64,000 nucleotides of DNA from Candidatus Binatia bacterium (GCA_019749875.1 JAIEPK010000479.1:7184-71183); one strand, 5' to 3'. Numbered from the stretch's first letter, positions 9,768 through 19,490 are shown. Made by a program: numbers and translations. The notes: generated from the sequence alone by a model not told the origin.

Positions 9768-10139
9768 TCACTTCACCTGCGCTGTCGCTGCCATCGCGCG
9801 ATATGCCGCAGCCATCTGTTCGTAGTTCGTGGCGAGGTTGCTGGCGTCCTTGGTGATCGACGCGCAGTGCTGGTCCATGTGATACTTCCCGATGGCTGCT
9901 CCACCCATCGATTTCAGGTTCTCACCCATCTTCGTGTGCATCGCGGCACGGCTCTTTTCCTCGGCCGCCATCACGTCGTACTTCTTCGCGATGGCCTCGT
10001 ATTCCGCAGCGGTCTTCGCCTGTGCGACCATTGCCGGGAGACTGTCCTCCTGGCCGGCGCCGGCACGGAATGCCACTGACGCAACTAGGAGCGCGACTCC
10101 CACCAAGATGGTGGCCATCCTGCTTCTGAATCGGATCAT
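9768..10139 (-). CDS. Small secreted hypothetical protein
   Basis: Start at MIRFRSRMATILVGVALLVASVAF, a signal peptide, ATG at 10137-10139. 123 aa, Ala/Lys/Met-rich. Confidence 0.45.
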   Translation of the reverse strand: MIRFRSRMATILVGVALLVASVAFRAGAGQEDSLPAMVAQAKTAAEYEAIAKKYDVMAAEEKSRAAMHTKMGENLKSMGGAAIGKYHMDQHCASITKDASNLATNYEQMAAAYRAMAATAQVK

Positions 10140-10264
10140 CTTTCTCCCTCCTGATTGCGGGCTGCTCCTGATGCGCAGGGCGGCAGTCCGTTGTTGCCGA
10201 AGCTCCGAACACCGGCGGCATGACGCCGGAGCATGCTCGCTCACCGCGGAGTGCGCTGCCCATG

Positions 10265-11011
10265 CTAGCTCGGTGCGCGCCTGGCATGGGCGATCTCCCA
10301 CAGGACAACTTCTCGCGACGTGCGCTCCGTTACGACGCTCCAATCCGTCTGCGATTCAATCCGCCGCCAAGGAGCATCGTCGACAGATACTGCCGCGATC
10401 TGATGCTCTTCGACCACGCGCCTGTAAGCGTCACCATAAGCAAACCCTGGACCGATCGCCACGTTGGCGTCGACGAATTCCGCCAAGGTCGCGCACGCGC
10501 GCCTTCCGAACTTGAACACTCCGAGCACGCTACGGCACTCCATTGCGAGCGGCGTAGGAACGCTCCCGATGGGCACGACGCGCTGATCCACGACGACGAC
10601 ATCTGCGGACGTCGCCGGCCCTTCGCGCGGATCGAATAAGGCGGCACTCTCGTACTCAAATTCAACGAGAATCTTCACCAGTGGGATCGGGAAGAGGATG
10701 CTCGTATCGAGAACTACGATGTCGTCGCACAACTGCGCTCGACCCGCGTACAGGGAGTGCGCGCCGCCCCGCTCGTGATCCGGGTTCATCGCAAGATCGA
10801 TCTCCAGCCTCGGGTTGAAGCGCCGGATATCCGCAACGACCTCCTCCGCACCGCACCCGACCACGCACGTCGCGAACCGAATCCCCGCGTACTGAACGGA
10901 CGTCAGCAGCCTCTCCAGCAGCGTCCTGCCGCGCACCTTCAACAGGCATGATGGCGTGAATCCAGGCGGTTGATGCTGCCAACGGCCGTCAGCGAGGACG
11001 ATCGCCCTCAT
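10265..11011 (-). CDS. Nucleotidyltransferase family protein (NTP_transferase/MobA-like)
   Basis: N-terminal MRAIVLADGR...LL nucleotidyltransferase fold motif. The ATG overlaps the TGA of the upstream GT39 gene (ATGA). Confidence 0.65.
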   Translation of the reverse strand: MRAIVLADGRWQHQPPGFTPSCLLKVRGRTLLERLLTSVQYAGIRFATCVVGCGAEEVVADIRRFNPRLEIDLAMNPDHERGGAHSLYAGRAQLCDDIVVLDTSILFPIPLVKILVEFEYESAALFDPREGPATSADVVVVDQRVVPIGSVPTPLAMECRSVLGVFKFGRRACATLAEFVDANVAIGPGFAYGDAYRRVVEEHQIAAVSVDDAPWRRIESQTDWSVVTERTSREVVLWEIAHARRAPS

Positions 11012-12840
11012 GAGCAATCCCCCTTGGTCGGGATTGCTTCGCCCTTGGACCCGAACGATGGACGGGCGACTGCGGGATCGCCATTGCGTCCTCGAGGCGC
11101 TGACGGCAGCTCGCACGCGTCACCAGCCTCGCATCCAGTAGAGCCTTCCCTGGCTGGGTCGAAGTTGACGAACACGACGCGCTCTGCGTCCCGCAGCAGA
11201 ACTCGCGGCTCGAGATTCAAGAGGGCGCCGAGCTCCTTCTCGAACCTTCGACTGGTTGCGATGAACACCCGCTGGTCCGACCTCCAGGCGTCGGCGATGC
11301 GGGTGGGGTCGCACCAGAAGAACTGCCGTCGGTCCGCGGCGAACCTCTGACCGAACCCGAGTTCGCCGTAGGTCATGGCCTGCACAGCACGAACCTGCGA
11401 ATAGAACGGCAGACCGTGAAGGAGTCGCCGGTACGAGATCACGAGATCGCCCGGGCGATGGAGCGCCTGGATCGCCCGACCGACGTCGCGCGACGTCTTC
11501 ACGACGCCGCGCGCGCCAAGAGAAAGGAAGAGGAAGAGTGCGGTACATGCGGCGACGGTGCCGACACCACGAAGCGACGATGGCGCGAATGACGAATCTC
11601 GAAATCGCGACCATCGGACCAGAGCAGCCGACCCGACCACGCCCGGTCCGCCTGCAGCGAAAAGAAGCGTCGTCGCAACCGTGAGGACGTCGGTGCGGTC
11701 ACGGCCGAGCACGTCGCTCAGAGGCCCCGCGAAGCTCCACCCGACGAACCCCGCGACGGCCAGTACGACCGACGCTGCGACCAGGCCCACGACACTGCGA
11801 TGAGTGGCTGCCGCGACAGAGTCCGTGCGATCCACCAAGTCCAGGCAACCTGCCGACAGGAGAGCAAGAGACGGGAAGGCCGGCAGAATGTACGCTGGCA
11901 GCTTCGCCCGAGCTACGGAAAAGAATACCAGGACCGCGAGCGCCCAAAGGAGAAGGAAGCCACGATCTTCGGAACGCAGCTTACGATACGACGCACGAAT
12001 CCCACCTCGCCACAGCACACCGGGAACGAATACCGTCCAGGGAAGAGCGCCTGCGAGCAAGACCGGGACGTAAAAGAACGGGCCTTCGGGATGCCCGACC
12101 GAAGCGGTCGAGAACCGCTCGAAATGCTGCTTCACGAAGAAGTACTCGACGAACTCGGGGTTCACCCAGGAGACGGCGATGAACCACGGAACAGCGATGA
12201 GCGTGAACGCCATGATCGGCGTCGGCCGGAGAAGACGCCGCAGAGCAGCCCAATCGCGCATCCCGACGAGGAAAAGAAGCGCGACGCCCCCCGGGAGCAC
12301 CAGCGCCACGAGGCCCTTGGCCAGCACGCCAAGTGCAGCGAACACCGCCGCGAGCGTAGGCCAGAGCAGCCCGCGCGGGTGCCGCCGTGCCCCCCAAAGC
12401 GCCGCCAACGTGGCCGTCATGCATGCCGTGAGCAGCATGTCGGTGGTGAGCGCCTGCGAGAAGAGGAAGAACAAGGGGCTGGTCGCAAGCATGATCGCCG
12501 CCATCAGGCCTGCACGCGGACCGAACATCGAACGACCGAGAACGAATGTGATGCAGACCGTCACCACGCCGGCCGCCGCCGGCACAATACGAGCAACACC
12601 CTCGCTCTGCCCGAAGACCTGAAACAGGGCGGCCGTCGACCAGTAGAGCAGTGGCGGCTTGTCGAAGTACTTGACGTAATGCAGGGTTGGCGTCAACCAG
12701 TCGCCGGTGACCGCCATCTCCCGTGCGATCTCGGCGTATCGTCCTTCGTCCGGATCCTGGAGAGGAAATCCACCGATGCGTGCGAAATACAGACCGAGAA
12801 GGAGCAGAAACAGCAGGATGGGCAACGCACGTGCACGCAT
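11008..12840 (-). CDS. GT39 family glycosyltransferase (ArnT/PMT-like polyprenyl-phosphate-sugar dependent transferase)
   Basis: About 12 TM helices. Conserved N-terminal loop motif QDPDEGRYAEIAREM and a YFDKPPL motif typical of ArnT/PMT. Confidence 0.85.
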   Translation of the reverse strand: MRARALPILLFLLLLGLYFARIGGFPLQDPDEGRYAEIAREMAVTGDWLTPTLHYVKYFDKPPLLYWSTAALFQVFGQSEGVARIVPAAAGVVTVCITFVLGRSMFGPRAGLMAAIMLATSPLFFLFSQALTTDMLLTACMTATLAALWGARRHPRGLLWPTLAAVFAALGVLAKGLVALVLPGGVALLFLVGMRDWAALRRLLRPTPIMAFTLIAVPWFIAVSWVNPEFVEYFFVKQHFERFSTASVGHPEGPFFYVPVLLAGALPWTVFVPGVLWRGGIRASYRKLRSEDRGFLLLWALAVLVFFSVARAKLPAYILPAFPSLALLSAGCLDLVDRTDSVAAATHRSVVGLVAASVVLAVAGFVGWSFAGPLSDVLGRDRTDVLTVATTLLFAAGGPGVVGSAALVRWSRFRDSSFAPSSLRGVGTVAACTALFLFLSLGARGVVKTSRDVGRAIQALHRPGDLVISYRRLLHGLPFYSQVRAVQAMTYGELGFGQRFAADRRQFFWCDPTRIADAWRSDQRVFIATSRRFEKELGALLNLEPRVLLRDAERVVFVNFDPAREGSTGCEAGDACELPSAPRGRNGDPAVARPSFGSKGEAIPTKGDCS

Positions 12841-12847
12841 CGCGGAC

Positions 12848-13855
12848 CTACGAGCCGGCGACAGCGACAGGCTCGCCCACCGCCGACGACGTGGATTCGG
12901 AATCCCACGCGACCAGGTACGCAGGACGAGCCCTCACCCCTTCGAGCACTTGCCCCAGGTAGATTCCGAGAACGCCCAGAACGACGAGATGCCCGCCGGA
13001 AAACAGCGACACTGCGGAGATGACGAACAGACCGGAGCGCGGCAGCCAGCCATCGAGACCGCCTGCCAGAGCGTAGACACCCAACGCGGCGCCGAACAAG
13101 CACTCTACCACGCCAAGAACCGCGGGGACATGGAGCGGCCACTTCGCGCTGGACGTGACCCCGCGAAGGGCCAGCGCAGCAAGCTTCCCGTAGGTAAACT
13201 TCGATCGCCCAGCAAAGCGCGCGGGCCTCGCGTAAGCGACCGTGGCCTGCCGAAATCCCGCCCACGACACGAGGCCACGAAGATACTTTTCCGTTTCCGG
13301 AAGGGAATTCAGAACATCCAGGACACGCCGATCGAGTAGCCTGTAATCACCAACATCCACCGCAACAGGCTGGTCGGAGATACCGACAAGGACACGATAG
13401 TACAGCTTGATCAGGAACTTCCGCAGCCACCACTCTCCCTGACGCGCAACACGCCGCGCCGCCACGACATCGTAGCCTGCGTGCCACTCGGCGACGAGTT
13501 GCGGAATCAGCTCGGGCGGATCCTGCAGGTCCGCATCCATCGTTACGACCGCAGCGCCGTCCGCATGCTCGATACCGGCCATGATCGCCGCTTGGTGACC
13601 GAAGTTCCGGCTCAACGCCAGGATGCGAATACCGCCCTCCTTCGCGAGAGCACGAAGGAGCGCGAGCGACCGATCGGTAGATCCGTCATCGACGTAGATG
13701 ACTTCGTATGCGAGTCCCGTACGATCGAGTGTATCGATCAAGCGCCGATGCAGGATTTCGAGAGTCCCTTCCTCATTGTGAATGGGAAGTACCACAGAGA
13801 GATCCAACGGTTGGTCGCTCCGCAAGCTCCGTGCTGGCCGCCCCGGACTTCTCAT
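12848..13855 (-). CDS. GT2 family polyprenyl-phosphate glycosyltransferase (DPM1/ArnC-like)
   Basis: LSVVLPIHNEE, YEVIYVDDGSTD, VTMDADLQDPP motifs plus C-terminal TM helices. Confidence 0.85.
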   Translation of the reverse strand: MRSPGRPARSLRSDQPLDLSVVLPIHNEEGTLEILHRRLIDTLDRTGLAYEVIYVDDGSTDRSLALLRALAKEGGIRILALSRNFGHQAAIMAGIEHADGAAVVTMDADLQDPPELIPQLVAEWHAGYDVVAARRVARQGEWWLRKFLIKLYYRVLVGISDQPVAVDVGDYRLLDRRVLDVLNSLPETEKYLRGLVSWAGFRQATVAYARPARFAGRSKFTYGKLAALALRGVTSSAKWPLHVPAVLGVVECLFGAALGVYALAGGLDGWLPRSGLFVISAVSLFSGGHLVVLGVLGIYLGQVLEGVRARPAYLVAWDSESTSSAVGEPVAVAGS

Positions 13856-14649
13856 CGACGCTCCAGTTTCGATGCTCGGCTAGCCGTCGCGAGCGCAACG
13901 GCTTCGCGCAGCTCCAGGTCGGCGATGCGCGGGGCGATCGACTTCACCGCCATGGCGAGGTCTTCCGACGTGTCGATCTCCATCCACGGCTCTCCGGCCG
14001 CCGACAGAAAGCCGACGTCGTGGCTGTCGAAGACCGGTTGGTACGCAACCTCGTAGTCCGCACGGGAGCAACGGGCTCCGATTGCTGCAGAGACGCTGTC
14101 GCGGAGAGTTCGCGCCGCGCTCCGGTCGAACTTGGCCAGACCGAGCGATTCGCCGACCAGATCCCAGCTTCCCTGTTCGACCTCGCGCCCCACGCTCAAC
14201 ACCCGGTCACCGCGCGTCATCAGCATCATCTCCTCGCCTCTCGATGTCGACTGCGGATCGAGCAGGCACGCATTGGGGAGACTGCTCTGAACGAGCCGCG
14301 ACACGAGAAACAACGGGAGCAGGACATCCGCGTCGAGGATCAGGACGTCGTCATCGAGAAAGTCCCGCGCGGCTCCGAGGGAGAAGATGCTGCCAGAGCT
14401 GTAGCGGTCGTTGACCACCAAACGGATCGACAACCGAAAGCACACCGCATCGAGTGCTTGACGGATCTGCCCACGGAGGTGGCCGACGACGCAGACCAGG
14501 CGATCGACACCAGCCAGCTCGAGAGCCATCACCAACCGGATCAGCGTGCAACCACCCGCCAAGGGTAGGGGCAGCAGGCACTTCGGGTGCTCGGCGGTCA
14601 ATGGCCAGAGCCTGCGTCCGATTCCTGCAGTCAACAAGATCGCCGTCAT
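13852..14649 (-). CDS. Sugar-phosphate nucleotidyltransferase (NTP_transf_3-like)
   Basis: N-terminal MTAILLTAGIGRRLWPLT G-loop. The ATG overlaps the upstream cytochrome c TGA (ATGA) and its own stop overlaps the GT2 ATG. Confidence 0.7.
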   Translation of the reverse strand: MTAILLTAGIGRRLWPLTAEHPKCLLPLPLAGGCTLIRLVMALELAGVDRLVCVVGHLRGQIRQALDAVCFRLSIRLVVNDRYSSGSIFSLGAARDFLDDDVLILDADVLLPLFLVSRLVQSSLPNACLLDPQSTSRGEEMMLMTRGDRVLSVGREVEQGSWDLVGESLGLAKFDRSAARTLRDSVSAAIGARCSRADYEVAYQPVFDSHDVGFLSAAGEPWMEIDTSEDLAMAVKSIAPRIADLELREAVALATASRASKLERR

Positions 14650-15314
14650 GAACCCGCGCCGTGGTCACCGTGGTCGTGGTCGTCGTCGTGGTCCGAATGG
14701 GCGTGAGCACCCTCGTCGTGATGGTGCGCCCCGCTGTCACCGTCGTGCTGGTGACCACTCTGCGGCATCAGCAAGCGCACCTGCTCAATGTCTTGTCGCG
14801 TGAATTCCGGCATCCGGCGAATCAGGCGCACGAGCTTCCAACTGTCCGTACCTTCGCCAGTCTCACCGTGACTCCACGCAGGCATGCCGGTGAATCGAAT
14901 GCCGTTCTCGATGATGAAGAACAGCTCGCCGTCGGAAAGTCGTTGCGTTTCGGCGGCACGCATGTCCGGAACCTTCGGGTAGAGATTCTCTCCGACCTGC
15001 GTCCGACCGCTGCCGTCGGCGCCGTGGCAGCCGGCGCAGTGGTCGGCATAGTGGGCCCGTGCGTCGGCAATGACGTCCGTCGACTCCTGGACCGGGTTCG
15101 GCGTCAGCCGGGCACCAGCCGGGATCGATGCCACCCGCAACCGGCGTGCGATGAATGCCTCCAGCGCGGACGGACGCTCGCGCGCACTGAAGCCATCCGA
15201 CCGGAGCAGGACCATCGTGACGAAGAGCAGTGCGCCACCCAGCGCCAGCGCTCCAACGACACCGAGCCCGCCGACAACTGTGCGCCTCCAACCGGTGTTC
15301 GCGTTGGCGATCAT
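14646..15314 (-). CDS. Monoheme c-type cytochrome with His/Asp-rich C-terminal tail
   Basis: CAGCHG heme motif and an N-terminal TM/signal. C-terminal tail HQHDGDSGAHHHDEGAHAHSDHDDDHDHGDHG. Start at MIANANTGW, ATG at 15312-15314. Confidence 0.7.
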   Translation of the reverse strand: MIANANTGWRRTVVGGLGVVGALALGGALLFVTMVLLRSDGFSARERPSALEAFIARRLRVASIPAGARLTPNPVQESTDVIADARAHYADHCAGCHGADGSGRTQVGENLYPKVPDMRAAETQRLSDGELFFIIENGIRFTGMPAWSHGETGEGTDSWKLVRLIRRMPEFTRQDIEQVRLLMPQSGHQHDGDSGAHHHDEGAHAHSDHDDDHDHGDHGAGS

Positions 15315-15316
15315 CT

Positions 15317-16780
15317 CTAGACCTCGATTCCGTCGCGTCGCAGGTCCGCCGCGCCGGCGACACCGGCAACGGTTCCCTTCGGATGCTCGTACCAGCCGGG
15401 ATCCTCGTCGTAGGTGTCGAGCCGATCCCGCACCTTGAGAACGTTGACGAGGCCACCCATGGAGATGAATGCGAAGGGGCCCCGCCCCCCCATCATCGGG
15501 ATGCTGTTCGGCGGAACCGCCATGTGCATCGAATCCCCCATGCCGCTCGTTCCCATGGTCATGTACTGCGGCAGCAGCGGTGTGATCTTGCGGTCGAGGC
15601 CATCGGCGTCGACCCCGAGCATGTTCGGGAAGTCGTGCCCCATCTGATTCATGACGTGATGGGTCATGTGACAATGCAGGGCCCAGTCACCGGGGGCATC
15701 GGCGATGAACTCGATCTCGCGCGTCTGCCCCACTGCTACGAGCACGGTCGTCTCGGGCCATTGCGCCGACAACGGAATCTGCTCCCCGTCGGTCGCGGTC
15801 ACGCGGAAGTGGACGCCGTGCAGGTGCATCGGGTGATGGTCCATCGCACTCAGGTTCCCGAAGCGGATTCGTACCTTGTCGTTGGTCTTCACGATCAGCG
15901 GCCACGTTGCGGGAAAGACCTTGCCGTTCATGGTGAGCACGTTGAAGCCCTGGTCCTTGATGGGGTTCGGCCGCGAGGTACCGACGCGGACGAAGAACTC
16001 ACCGGTCAGGATCGAGAAATCGCGGTCGACGTGCTGCTCCGGGGCGGGATGCCGCGGATGGACGACCAGCATCCCGGTCAGCCCCATCGCCATCTGCGTC
16101 ATCTCGTCGTGATGCGAGTGGAACATGAACGTCCCGTGCTGGCGGAACGTCCACTCGTAGAGAAACGTCTCACCGGGAGCGATCAGCGGCTGATTGAGCC
16201 CGCCCACCCCGTCCATTCCGTTCGGGAGGTAGACGCCGTGCCAGTGCACGCTGGTCTCCGCCGGGAGACGGTTCGTCACGTAGATGCGGACGCGCTCGCC
16301 CTCGACCGCCTCGATCGTGAGGCCGGCGACCTGACCGTTGAACGCCCAGCACGTGGTCTTCAGCCCGGGTGCGAACTCGTGCTCGATCTCGCCGAGCACG
16401 AGATGGAAGACCTTCGCGCCGTCGACGATCTTGAATGGCAGTGTGGCGCCGTTCGGCACCACGACGGGTTGGTAGTCCTTGCCCGGCAAACCCGGCGGCA
16501 GCGGCGCGACGTCCAGAGGGCCGCCGCTGTAGCTCTTCTCCCACCAATCGAGGTTGGTCTGTTTGATCCCCCCACCGGCAGGCGCGGGCGGCGGGCTCGC
16601 CGCGTCGGCCGGCGCGGGCGGCGTACTCCCCGCGGCGCCGGGCGCGGACGGCGTACTTTCCGGGTCGGCGGGCGCCGCGGGCTCGGCCGCACCGGCCCGC
16701 GCCGCCATCACACCGACGAGCGAGCCTCCGACCGCCGCGGCGCCCGAGAGCAACACCGTTCGTCGCGTAGCTTTCTTCAT
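15317..16780 (-). CDS. Multicopper oxidase with Tat signal, Pro/Ala-rich linker and Met-rich segment
   Basis: RRTVLLSGAAAVG Tat signal. Copper-binding motifs HWHG, HSHHDEMTQMAMG, HPMHLHGVHF, HCHMTHHVMNQM. Met-rich MTMGTSGMGDSMHM segment. Confidence 0.85.
   Translation of the reverse strand: MKKATRRTVLLSGAAAVGGSLVGVMAARAGAAEPAAPADPESTPSAPGAAGSTPPAPADAASPPPAPAGGGIKQTNLDWWEKSYSGGPLDVAPLPPGLPGKDYQPVVVPNGATLPFKIVDGAKVFHLVLGEIEHEFAPGLKTTCWAFNGQVAGLTIEAVEGERVRIYVTNRLPAETSVHWHGVYLPNGMDGVGGLNQPLIAPGETFLYEWTFRQHGTFMFHSHHDEMTQMAMGLTGMLVVHPRHPAPEQHVDRDFSILTGEFFVRVGTSRPNPIKDQGFNVLTMNGKVFPATWPLIVKTNDKVRIRFGNLSAMDHHPMHLHGVHFRVTATDGEQIPLSAQWPETTVLVAVGQTREIEFIADAPGDWALHCHMTHHVMNQMGHDFPNMLGVDADGLDRKITPLLPQYMTMGTSGMGDSMHMAVPPNSIPMMGGRGPFAFISMGGLVNVLKVRDRLDTYDEDPGWYEHPKGTVAGVAGAADLRRDGIEV
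16565..16690 (-). repeat. Imperfect ~30-bp tandem repeats (3-4 units) inside the multicopper oxidase gene encoding a Pro/Ala-rich linker
   Basis: The units ggcgcgggcggcgggctcgccgcgtcggcc, ggcgcgggcggcgtactccccgcggcgccg and ggcgcggacggcgtactttccgggtcggcg encode PAPAD(A/S)xSxP repeats. Confidence 0.5.
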
Positions 16781-16783
16781 GAC

Positions 16784-18238
16784 TCAACGACCTCCACCTT
16801 GGATCGTGGGGAATGGGAACCGGCGCGCAGCCTCGAGCGGAGCCGTCGGCTGCACGAGCGCATCGGACGGAGGCACCCGTCCGGCGAGGATCATCGACAT
16901 GTCGGCACGCGCGAGCCAGTACTCGCGCAGGCTGTCGACGTAGCGCGCCGCCGACTCGATCTGCTGCTCCTTGGTCCGCAGCACGTCGATCGGGCTGATC
17001 TGCATCGCGTTGTATTGGAGCATCGCCTGCTGGACCACCTGCGCTCGGACCGGAAGCTGGACGTCGCGGTAGTACAGGGAGCGCTCCCCATATCCCTGGA
17101 CGCGGTCGCGCGCTGCTCTGGCCAACGCTCGAATTCGCACCGCCAGGGCGTATCGCGCATCCAAAGCGCGCTGCAGCTCTGCTTGCGCGCGCGCGGCGCG
17201 AGCCTGCCCCTGATCGAAGATCGGAATCGGGATCAGAAGAGACGGACCCGGCTCCCACTCGGGCGCGTCGCGATCTCCGCGCGCACCCACGAGGATTTCC
17301 GGAAAGAGGCCACTCGTGCGATCGAGGCCGAGCTGCTCGCCGAGAGCGACGATGCGGCTCGCGTCCGCCTTGAGATCGAGGCTGGATTCGATGGCACGAG
17401 CTTCGACGCGGTCCAGGTCCATCGGCTGCTCCGGAGGATCGGACATTCGCGAAGCCTTCAGCTTCCAGCCCGCCTCCGTTCCCCACAGACCGAGGATCGC
17501 GTTCAGCTGCTCGCGGCTCGTCCGCACGTCGACTTCCGCGAGTCGAACGTCGAGCTTCGATTCCTCTGCGAGCGCCTGCTCGCTGGAGAGGTCCAGCTGC
17601 GTGATGTTTCCTGCCTCGCGAAGGCGACGGGCGAAGTCGAACGCGGCCATGGTCGATGCGGCGATCTGCCGACGCATCTCGAGCATCTGCTCGTCGGCCT
17701 GGTGGCGGTAGAATGCCGTCTCGGCGCGCCATGCGAGGTCGAGGACCGCGCTCGCGACGCGCAGCTGCGTTTCTTCCAGAGCCGCAGCGGTGACCCGCAT
17801 GCGAAGCGGCGTGTAGAGAAAATCGATCACGTCCATGGCCACGCCGAGTGCGACGTCCACGCCGCCGCCTCCCACCGGCAACCCGACACCGGCGTCGAGG
17901 ACCGGGTTGTGCAGCAGGCTCGACTGCACGAGGTCTGCCTGGGCCACACCGAGATCCGCGTAGACGGCACGGAGATCGCGGCTGTTCATCAGCGAGATCT
18001 TGACCGCCCCCTCGGCATCGAGGCCGCCGTCGAGCAATGAGCGCACGGCATCCACCGTTGCCGGGTCGTCGCCGGCGCCGGGAGTCCATGAAACCTCCTG
18101 CGTCGTGCGCTCCTTCACGATCGACGCAACGGTGGGAAACCCGCCTTGTGGATCGACGGCAACGGCCGTGCATCCCCCGAGCGCCAAGGCGAGCAGAGCC
18201 AGGAGCCCGGCTAGAGACTCAGGTCGGCGGCGCATCAC
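16784..18238 (-). CDS. Outer membrane efflux lipoprotein, TolC/OprM/CusC family
   Basis: Lipobox LALGGC after the signal, then two repeated TolC-type coiled-coil halves. Confidence 0.8.
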   Translation of the reverse strand: MMRRRPESLAGLLALLALALGGCTAVAVDPQGGFPTVASIVKERTTQEVSWTPGAGDDPATVDAVRSLLDGGLDAEGAVKISLMNSRDLRAVYADLGVAQADLVQSSLLHNPVLDAGVGLPVGGGGVDVALGVAMDVIDFLYTPLRMRVTAAALEETQLRVASAVLDLAWRAETAFYRHQADEQMLEMRRQIAASTMAAFDFARRLREAGNITQLDLSSEQALAEESKLDVRLAEVDVRTSREQLNAILGLWGTEAGWKLKASRMSDPPEQPMDLDRVEARAIESSLDLKADASRIVALGEQLGLDRTSGLFPEILVGARGDRDAPEWEPGPSLLIPIPIFDQGQARAARAQAELQRALDARYALAVRIRALARAARDRVQGYGERSLYYRDVQLPVRAQVVQQAMLQYNAMQISPIDVLRTKEQQIESAARYVDSLREYWLARADMSMILAGRVPPSDALVQPTAPLEAARRFPFPTIQGGGR

Positions 18239-18552
18239 TGACCTCCATGCATGTGGTGCTCGTGACCCCCATGGCCTGACATCGCGTCGGCGGCGGAAGG
18301 GGTCGCGGCTTGAGTCGGCTGCGCTGACCCACGCTTGAGAATGTTTGACGATTCGAGCGATGGCGCGGCGACAGCCTCAGGGTTCGCCGGATTGGTCAGC
18401 GCAATCGGAGGCGGTTGATAAGCCGCGCATCCCGTTCCCAGGACTGAAACAGCCATCGCCATCAGAGCGAAGCTGGATCGCACACCATTCGTCGTCGACC
18501 ATCGGCCGATTCGTCGATGCGCGCGGACATTCCGCGCTGCGTTCGGGGCCAT
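18235..18552 (-). CDS. Small putative lipoprotein with C-terminal His/Met metal-binding motif (start uncertain)
   Basis: C-terminus ADAMSGHGGHEHHMHGGQ. Possible signal MAMAVSVLGTGC. The stop overlaps the downstream outer-membrane-factor ATG (ATGA). Which in-frame start is used is unclear. Confidence 0.4.
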   Translation of the reverse strand: MAPNAARNVRAHRRIGRWSTTNGVRSSFALMAMAVSVLGTGCAAYQPPPIALTNPANPEAVAAPSLESSNILKRGSAQPTQAATPSAADAMSGHGGHEHHMHGGQ

Positions 18553-18862
18553 CGTCAGCGAAATCCGCCACCATGGCATCTTGTCGCCCTCCACCGATTC
18601 AAAGATGAACATCCGCCAGGCGGAACAGCCTGACCCAATTTCAACAACGAGCTCCGCGCATGCTAGAGTGGACGACGACCCCGAGGGTCGATCGTCTCGC
18701 CCGGGCACCACGTGTACGAACGCGTGGGCGCGTCGACTGGAGGACGCACTGGCGAGCTCCGCGTTACAGGCGCAAGGCGCACCTCCGGGGACGGAAGTCT
18801 GCTTGCGCTCGACGCTCGCGCGGTCGTGGCGCGCGGTCACCTAGCCCAATGGGCGGGACCGC

Positions 18863-19312
18863 TCAGACGAGGATCGTGCGGAATGTGAGATGCGAGCGCA
18901 GGCCAGGAAACCGGCTACGCTGCCGACCTTCGTCACGTGCGCGGCCCGGAAGGGGATCGCCGGGCCCGCCGAACACTGTCAGGCCCGACGCCTTCACACG
19001 CAGCGGAAACGCGGGCCCAGAGGTCATCGTCGACGCAACGGTGGCCTTCAGAGAAGGGAGCGCGACGATCGCTGCCATAGGACCGCAGCAAGCAGGCGAC
19101 TGCTCGTTCTGCGGCTGGCGATCAGCTGCCGAAGAGCCGCCATGCTTCGGACATTCCGGCGCAGCGACCGTCCGGGTCCGATCGGGACCATGGTCGGCGA
19201 TCTGGCAAAGATTCCGAGAGTGTTGTGCCGCCGCGACGACGAGCGCCAAGGCCAGAACGCTCGCGGTCGGCATGAGAACGCGCCTGAGCGGTCCTGTCGC
19301 AAACATTTTCAT
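18863..19312 (-). CDS. Hypothetical secreted Cys-containing protein
   Basis: [29 protein letters not shown] signal-like start, ATG at 19310-19312. Divergent from the 19491 gene. Weak support. Confidence 0.3.
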   Translation of the reverse strand: MKMFATGPLRRVLMPTASVLALALVVAAAQHSRNLCQIADHGPDRTRTVAAPECPKHGGSSAADRQPQNEQSPACCGPMAAIVALPSLKATVASTMTSGPAFPLRVKASGLTVFGGPGDPLPGRARDEGRQRSRFPGLRSHLTFRTILV

Positions 19313-19490
19313 CCAGGAGAGCCCTCTGCATAGCTCAATACGCGGCGCGCGTCCAACCGTAACACCAGAGCTCGTCGCCGGGCCGCCGATTGTGCGAGTG
19401 AGCAAACACGACGGGCCGTCGACCACCGCCTGCACATCGAGCGAAAGCCGAGACTCGCAACCCCACGCGCCGATCGAGTATGGTCTGCAC

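Noticed and set aside
14650-14760. Runs of gtc/gtg triplets that look like a simple-sequence repeat
   Set aside because: These are the coding sequence of the His/Asp-rich cytochrome c tail read on the opposite strand, not an independent repeat element.
15230-18040. 936-aa plus-strand ORF and the 16170-18173 minus-strand 667-aa ORF overlapping the multicopper oxidase and TolC-like genes
   Set aside because: Their translations are Arg/Gly/Pro-rich low complexity, typical of off-frame reading of high-GC coding DNA. The overlapping frames carry clear multicopper oxidase and outer-membrane-factor motifs.
18660-19490. N-terminal 277 codons of ORF 18660-20777
   Set aside because: Arg-rich junk ([22 protein letters not shown]...) precedes the first believable sequence. 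The gene was trimmed to the ATG at 19491; an alternative ATG at 19272 is noted but unsupported.
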